DNA of 64,000 nucleotides from Zancudomyces culisetae HAW-14-8 (Eukaryota; Fungi; Kickxellomycota): NCBI GenBank assembly GCA_052426225.1, contig JBNJNM010000015.1, positions 248,001 to 312,000 of the forward strand, read 5' to 3'. Shown piece by piece: positions 58,995 to 64,000 of this stretch (position 1 is its first letter; each line of letters starts with the position of its first letter). The notes under the pieces were generated by a model. It saw only the letters and a program-made list of their open reading frames with translations, ran no database searches and was not told where the DNA came from. The position numbers and the translations under genes were made by a program.

Positions 58995-61900
58995 CTATTG
59001 GGGTTTAGCTGATTCTATAGACACGGAAATATCCGAACCTTCTTGATTATCTTTTTCTCTTTCTCTTTCTCTTTCTCTCTCTTTTTCCATTTCAATTTCC
59101 ATTTCCTTTTCGTTTTGGTTTTGGTTTTGGTTTAAGTTTTCAATTTCTTCTTCCTTTTCACCATCAACATGTTTTCCAATACCAGATTCTAATATTACGT
59201 CTTCCTCTTCAATTACTTCACCATCTTCTCTTTCATCTTCCTTTTCCCTTACAGTAGCATTTGAATCATCATCTTTTAATGAAACGTCATTGTTAGGTTG
59301 GAGTTTGATACGTTTGTCGGGAGATGATGGGTAAGAAGTGGTTCGTTTTAGGGAATCAGAAATATTATTTTCAGAATTAAAAGTAGGTTGAGGAGTTGTT
59401 TGGTCTTTGGAGTCTCTTTCAACATCAGGTTTTGGGTTTGAGCTTAGATTTGAGCTTAGATTTGAGTTTGGATTTGAGTTTGATTTTGGTTTTGATTCGA
59501 TATCAGAATCTACTTGAGGATTAGAAAAAGAGTTTGTAGGTTTGTATTGAGAGGAAATGGTAGTTGAAGGAAGTCTTAGAGCTGCAGGTTTTGGTGCAGC
59601 TGCTATACTTGTTGTTTCTACTTCTCTTTTATCTGACTGCTGCTGTTGTTGCTGTTGTTGCTGTTGTTGTATAGAACCTAATGGAGGTAATAAAGTAGAT
59701 TCTAAACCATCCTTTTGGTCTTGTTCATTGTTTTGCCACCATCGATTTCTTGGTCTATCAACATCCATTTCATTCTCTCTTGAATACTCTGGTTCATTCA
59801 CAACAGCTGTTATTTCTTCTCGCTGAGTTTCTTCATTATCCCACGCCCGACGATATCCACGTATCTGTGTCTGTGTCTGTGTCTGTGTCTGTGTCTGTAT
59901 CTGCTCTTCAGCTCGTACAAGTGGTGATGAATGTACTACCGGTTTTGTTTCACTGGCTGAGTTTGATGAAGCTCCCGACATTGGTCCTACATATGCTTTG
60001 TGTACAATTGGTGTTGATGCTGCTGATTTTTGTTGTTGATGGTTGCTGCTTCGATATCCTCCTCCTAGCCCGTCTCCTGCTGTGCCTGAATATATCTCAA
60101 CACTTGATGGTGTGTGTGCTTTTCGGTTGCTTATTGGTGATGGGTTGTTGCTTGGTAAACTCTCCGTACGTCTTTCTACTACCTGTCGCATCATCATTGG
60201 ACTTTGGTTTTCACTGTTCCGTCCTACACTTGTTGTTTGGCTGACCACTTGTTGATATCCTACTCCTACTCCCACTCCCACTCCTACTACCCCTCCTCCT
60301 CTCTGTTGCTCTTCCATCCCTCCATATTGTTCATATTGTTGTCCTCCTCCACTTACTCGTCGATTATATCCATAATACTCTTCATTTTTTGGTGACTTTA
60401 AAACTCTTTCTACCATCGCTTGTCCTTGTCCTTGTCCTTGTCCCTGCAATTGGCCCTGCACCTGTCCTTGCATTGTCATTTGTTTTCCATACATTGATCC
60501 TGTTCTCTCCCTCTCCCTTTCTCTCCCTCTTTCTCTTTCTCTTTCTCTTTCTTCCAAACTATTCATTGATCTTTGTCCATAATGATTTGGTGTTCCTGGA
60601 TTCATCATATTGCTTTCGCTTTGTGTTATTGGCGGATAATATGGCGACCGTGGCTCTGGTTTTGCTCCATAGTATTCTCTTTCTCCATATCCTCCTCTTC
60701 CTCCCATTCCATATCCCGAATCTGCTCCCCCTCTTCCTCCACTACTGTTGCTGCCTCCGCTAGCTGCTCCGCCTATCATTTGCCCTCTACCCCCCATAAT
60801 TTGCTGCTGTGGTTGCTGTGATTGCGACTGTAGCTGCGGCTGTTGTTGCGGTTGCGGTTGAGTTTGTGATTGTGGCTGCTGTGATTGCGACTGTGATATT
60901 GGTGGCTGTGGCTGTGGCTGTGTTTGTGATATTGACTGTTTTAATCGATGTTGCTGTTGGTAATGTTGTTGCTGCTGCTGCTGTTGTTGTTGTTGTTGTT
61001 GCTGCTGCTGTGGATAATGTTGTTGACTTGGTGGTTGAACTTGAGAGTATTGGTGTGGGTGTTGAGTCTGTTGTTGATGAACGTGTTGTGGATATTGTTG
61101 TTGCTGTTGTTGTTGTTGTTGAACCTGTTGTTGTTGCTGCTGTTGTTGCTGTTGCTGTGTGTGTTGGTGTGAATGCATTGGATAATCCTGGTGTTGTTGC
61201 TGCTGACTCTGATGGCGATGGTGTTGCTGCTGCTGCTGCTGCTGTTGTTGTTGTTGTTGTTGCTGATAATACTCACTCATCGCTTCACTTCCTCGTTGTC
61301 CTCTTTCTGGATATCCATACCCTCCTCGCTCTCCTGATCCTATACTTCCTGCTGGCATTGGTGGTGTTTGTGTTTGTGTTTGTAATGATATCGGTGTCAA
61401 TTTCGGTGTTCCTGACTGCTCTTTTCCACTAAGCATCTTCACACTACCTATTTTATGCATCATCGGTTGCTCTCTTGCCTCCTCACTCCCTCTTCTCTCA
61501 TATCCCGATACTGGAAATACTAACGGTCCCCCAACCACCGGTGGATGTCCTAAACTACCCAACGTCCTTTCTGGCGCCTCATTCTCCGCTCGCGCCACTA
61601 TCAAGTTGTTGAAATCCATTATTGGCAAATCCACTGGTGGTGGTGGTGCAGTTGGTGCACTTGTCATCCGCTTATCCTTAGCATACTGCAGCTGCTGCAA
61701 CCGCTCCGCTACCACCGTATTTCCTGGCTCCAAGTTCTTTGCTCGCTTGTATGCATCAATTGCATCACTTATCTGATTGTTACACGTCTCATACAGCGTT
61801 CCCAAATTGTACCATACCTCACTCAAATATGGATTCGTTCGAATCGACCGACTATACGCATCCAGCGCATCTCGGTACTGATTGATTTGGAAATACAATA

Positions 61901-63029
61901 TTCCTATCGAACACCAGTACAATGCATTTGATTGATCGCAATACACCGCTTGCTGATATGCCTCATACGCACTGTTGTATTGCTTCATCATCATCCCACA
62001 TCTTCCCAACATATACCACGCCTGTCCATCTCTATAATCTGCTTTCACCGCTCGCGCCAACAAATCTGACGCCGTTTCTGGCCCATACATCCCCGTATCG
62101 TGTCGCATATACAACATTCCCAGTTGCTGCAACACCTTCGAATGCTCTGGATCTCGCGCTAACACATGTTCATACGCCGCCCTAGCTGACTTGTAATCCT
62201 TTTGCAGTTCATGTACATTTCCTATCTGATACCATATATCGTTCTCCTTCAATGGCTTTGGTGGCGTTCTCAATATATAGTTAAAACACTGCAAACTCTC
62301 CTTGTATCGCATCCGTATCTTGTATATAATCCCAAGTCGAAAATACACATCATTTGCCTTCTCAAACCCTGGATCCATCTGCAACACCGCTGTAAATGCC
62401 TCCTCTGCCTCTGCATACTCTCCATAACAATCCCGCAATATCCCTATTCCATACCACAGCTTTGGCTCCTTCTTATCCTTCAAATACATCAATGCTTGCT
62501 TATACGCATGGAACGCCTTCTCCAACTCATTTTTCATCAAATAACAATGTCCCAACGCCCCCCATGTCTCTCCATCTTCTCCATCAATGTTGATTGACCG
62601 CTTATAAAACTCTATCGCTCTATCATACTCCTCCCGCTGTCGGTGTATCAATGCTACCTTGCGAAGTGCCCCCAGTGAATACGGATTGTGTTTTAGCGCA
62701 TTCATATACGCATCTCCTGCTCTTGTCAAATCTCCCATCGACTCTGAACATGTTCCTATTTGTGTCCACACCTGCTCATTGTAATAACTTAGTTTTTGCA
62801 ACGGCGTCATCATCTCCACTTTCTCTCCTTGCATCTTCCGTCCCAACTTTCCCTCTTGGAGCCCCATCTCCACCTCCATCTCTGGTCCCATGTGTCCCCC
62901 ATTTGGAAGCTCTCCATATCCTCCCCCATTCTGTCCGACTCCTACCGATTCTGTCATGCCATACCTCATCCCCTCTACATATCCTCTTTCCCCTCCTCCT
63001 TCATGTTGTGGTTGTGGTGTATGCACCAT
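58995..63029 (-). CDS. SSN6: General transcriptional corepressor Ssn6/Cyc8 (TPR array plus polyQ/low-complexity tail)
   Basis: WGALGHCYLM, PKLWYGIGIL, YFRLGIIYK, WYQIG, AYEAYQQAVY, WCSIGILYFQINQYRDALDAYSRSIR, WYNLGTLYE.CNNQI.DA. Confidence 0.95.
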   Translation of the reverse strand: MVHTPQPQHEGGGERGYVEGMRYGMTESVGVGQNGGGYGELPNGGHMGPEMEVEMGLQEGKLGRKMQGEKVEMMTPLQKLSYYNEQVWTQIGTCSESMGDLTRAGDAYMNALKHNPYSLGALRKVALIHRQREEYDRAIEFYKRSINIDGEDGETWGALGHCYLMKNELEKAFHAYKQALMYLKDKKEPKLWYGIGILRDCYGEYAEAEEAFTAVLQMDPGFEKANDVYFRLGIIYKIRMRYKESLQCFNYILRTPPKPLKENDIWYQIGNVHELQKDYKSARAAYEHVLARDPEHSKVLQQLGMLYMRHDTGMYGPETASDLLARAVKADYRDGQAWYMLGRCGMMMKQYNSAYEAYQQAVYCDQSNALYWCSIGILYFQINQYRDALDAYSRSIRTNPYLSEVWYNLGTLYETCNNQISDAIDAYKRAKNLEPGNTVVAERLQQLQYAKDKRMTSAPTAPPPPVDLPIMDFNNLIVARAENEAPERTLGSLGHPPVVGGPLVFPVSGYERRGSEEAREQPMMHKIGSVKMLSGKEQSGTPKLTPISLQTQTQTPPMPAGSIGSGERGGYGYPERGQRGSEAMSEYYQQQQQQQQQQQQQQHHRHQSQQQQHQDYPMHSHQHTQQQQQQQQQQQVQQQQQQQQQYPQHVHQQQTQHPHQYSQVQPPSQQHYPQQQQQQQQQQQQQQQHYQQQHRLKQSISQTQPQPQPPISQSQSQQPQSQTQPQPQQQPQLQSQSQQPQQQIMGGRGQMIGGAASGGSNSSGGRGGADSGYGMGGRGGYGEREYYGAKPEPRSPYYPPITQSESNMMNPGTPNHYGQRSMNSLEERERERERGRERERERTGSMYGKQMTMQGQVQGQLQGQGQGQGQAMVERVLKSPKNEEYYGYNRRVSGGGQQYEQYGGMEEQQRGGGVVGVGVGVGVGYQQVVSQTTSVGRNSENQSPMMMRQVVERRTESLPSNNPSPISNRKAHTPSSVEIYSGTAGDGLGGGYRSSNHQQQKSAASTPIVHKAYVGPMSGASSNSASETKPVVHSSPLVRAEEQIQTQTQTQTQTQIRGYRRAWDNEETQREEITAVVNEPEYSRENEMDVDRPRNRWWQNNEQDQKDGLESTLLPPLGSIQQQQQQQQQQQSDKREVETTSIAAAPKPAALRLPSTTISSQYKPTNSFSNPQVDSDIESKPKSNSNPNSNLSSNLSSNPKPDVERDSKDQTTPQPTFNSENNISDSLKRTTSYPSSPDKRIKLQPNNDVSLKDDDSNATVREKEDEREDGEVIEEEDVILESGIGKHVDGEKEEEIENLNQNQNQNEKEMEIEMEKEREREREREKDNQEGSDISVSIESAKPQ

Positions 63030-64000
63030 CGTTTGTAATTCTTTTCTTCTTAATCTCGTTAAGTTTGCTTACTTCCTTTTACTAGCTATTATTTGTATTC
63101 ATCAATCCTATTTCTTTTTCCCCAGCTCGCTCTTTCCCCTGTATTCTCCTCGTGATTTGATCTTTTTACTTTATTATTATCACTCCAACTACTTTTCAAA
63201 GATTGTTATTTTTACCAATCTTTTGTCTCTAAAAAAAACCCAATCTAACTATCTTTAGATTCTTGTAATCTTTAAATTAATCATACAATAAATCTAGTTT
63301 TCTGATTACAAGTATCACTCTTCTTATTTTGTATCTTTATATAATTACTTGGGGATAAACAAATTTATTTATTCGTTTTTTAGCTCAACCTTTCATTTAT
63401 TTCTCTATTTCTCCTTTTATAGTTTTGGAAATTTGCACTTTTTGAAAAGCTTTATGTTATTATTACCCTTGTTTTTTATTATTATTACTAGTTATTTTTT
63501 TTAATTTCCTTTCAAAGCACGCTTAACAAACGATTAACAACAATTATTTTTATTTTTATTTTTATTTTTATTATTTTACCAAATATTCATTACATTTTTT
63601 TGACTTTTTTTTTTTGGTTAAAATGTCCCAATATATTATCATTAATTCTGGAACATTATTTGCTGAAATTATCTATTTAATCTAAAATTAACGAAATAAA
63701 ACATGCATATATTTAAAACAGCTGCCTTTATCTTTTATTCTTAATTTTATGACCAAGTATTTTTATTAAATCGTTTTTTCCGCGGATGCAATATTACTAC
63801 TAAACCTTTTTCTAGTTACCTAATAATATAAATAAAATATTTTGATTTTATTTGCGTTACTTGATTGTTTATATCAAGCCGTAATAAATCTGTTCCAATA
63901 GTTTTATGTTTTCCACCCTATAACCCTCTCCTCTCTTTACCCTCCCCTTGTAGTATTACATTTTACATATTACACACTACACATTACACAACTTGGCAAC

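Noticed and set aside
1-64000. tRNA, rRNA and CRISPR arrays
   Set aside because: None recognised by eye; tRNAscan-SE and Infernal would be needed to exclude small RNAs

Overview
Eukaryotic, AT-rich, intron-containing fungal DNA with GT-AG introns and CTAAC/CTAAT branch points. Exportin-7, an animal/plant-type CTC1 and heavy low-complexity expansion suggest an early-diverging fungus, possibly Kickxellomycotina/Harpellales (inference). Left end: ORF1 of an L1-like LINE abutting the poly(A) tail of a second, 5'-truncated LINE. Housekeeping genes follow: RPL10, RPC40, SSC1, a CCCH/RWD-like/CHY zinc-finger gene, RAD14/XPA, glutaminyl cyclase, TBL1/SIF2 and DRS1. An ~11 kb accessory block (28.2-39.2 kb) comes next, then ADE1, a 2174-aa CTC1-like gene, XPO7, COX15 and SSN6/CYC8. 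I rebuilt three multi-exon genes by hand that the ORF track misses or only fragments: a 91-aa orphan, an NT-C2 gene whose last exon overlaps the TBL1 CDS, and an AhpD/Pxp2-like gene. The most interesting locus is the accessory block. It holds two divergent but alignable small secreted Cys proteins (possible beta-gamma-crystallin/killer-toxin-like fold) with a near-identical 25-bp extended TATA element, a probable third pseudogenised copy, and an orphan Ty3-like gag. All family assignments come from motif recognition, not database searches.
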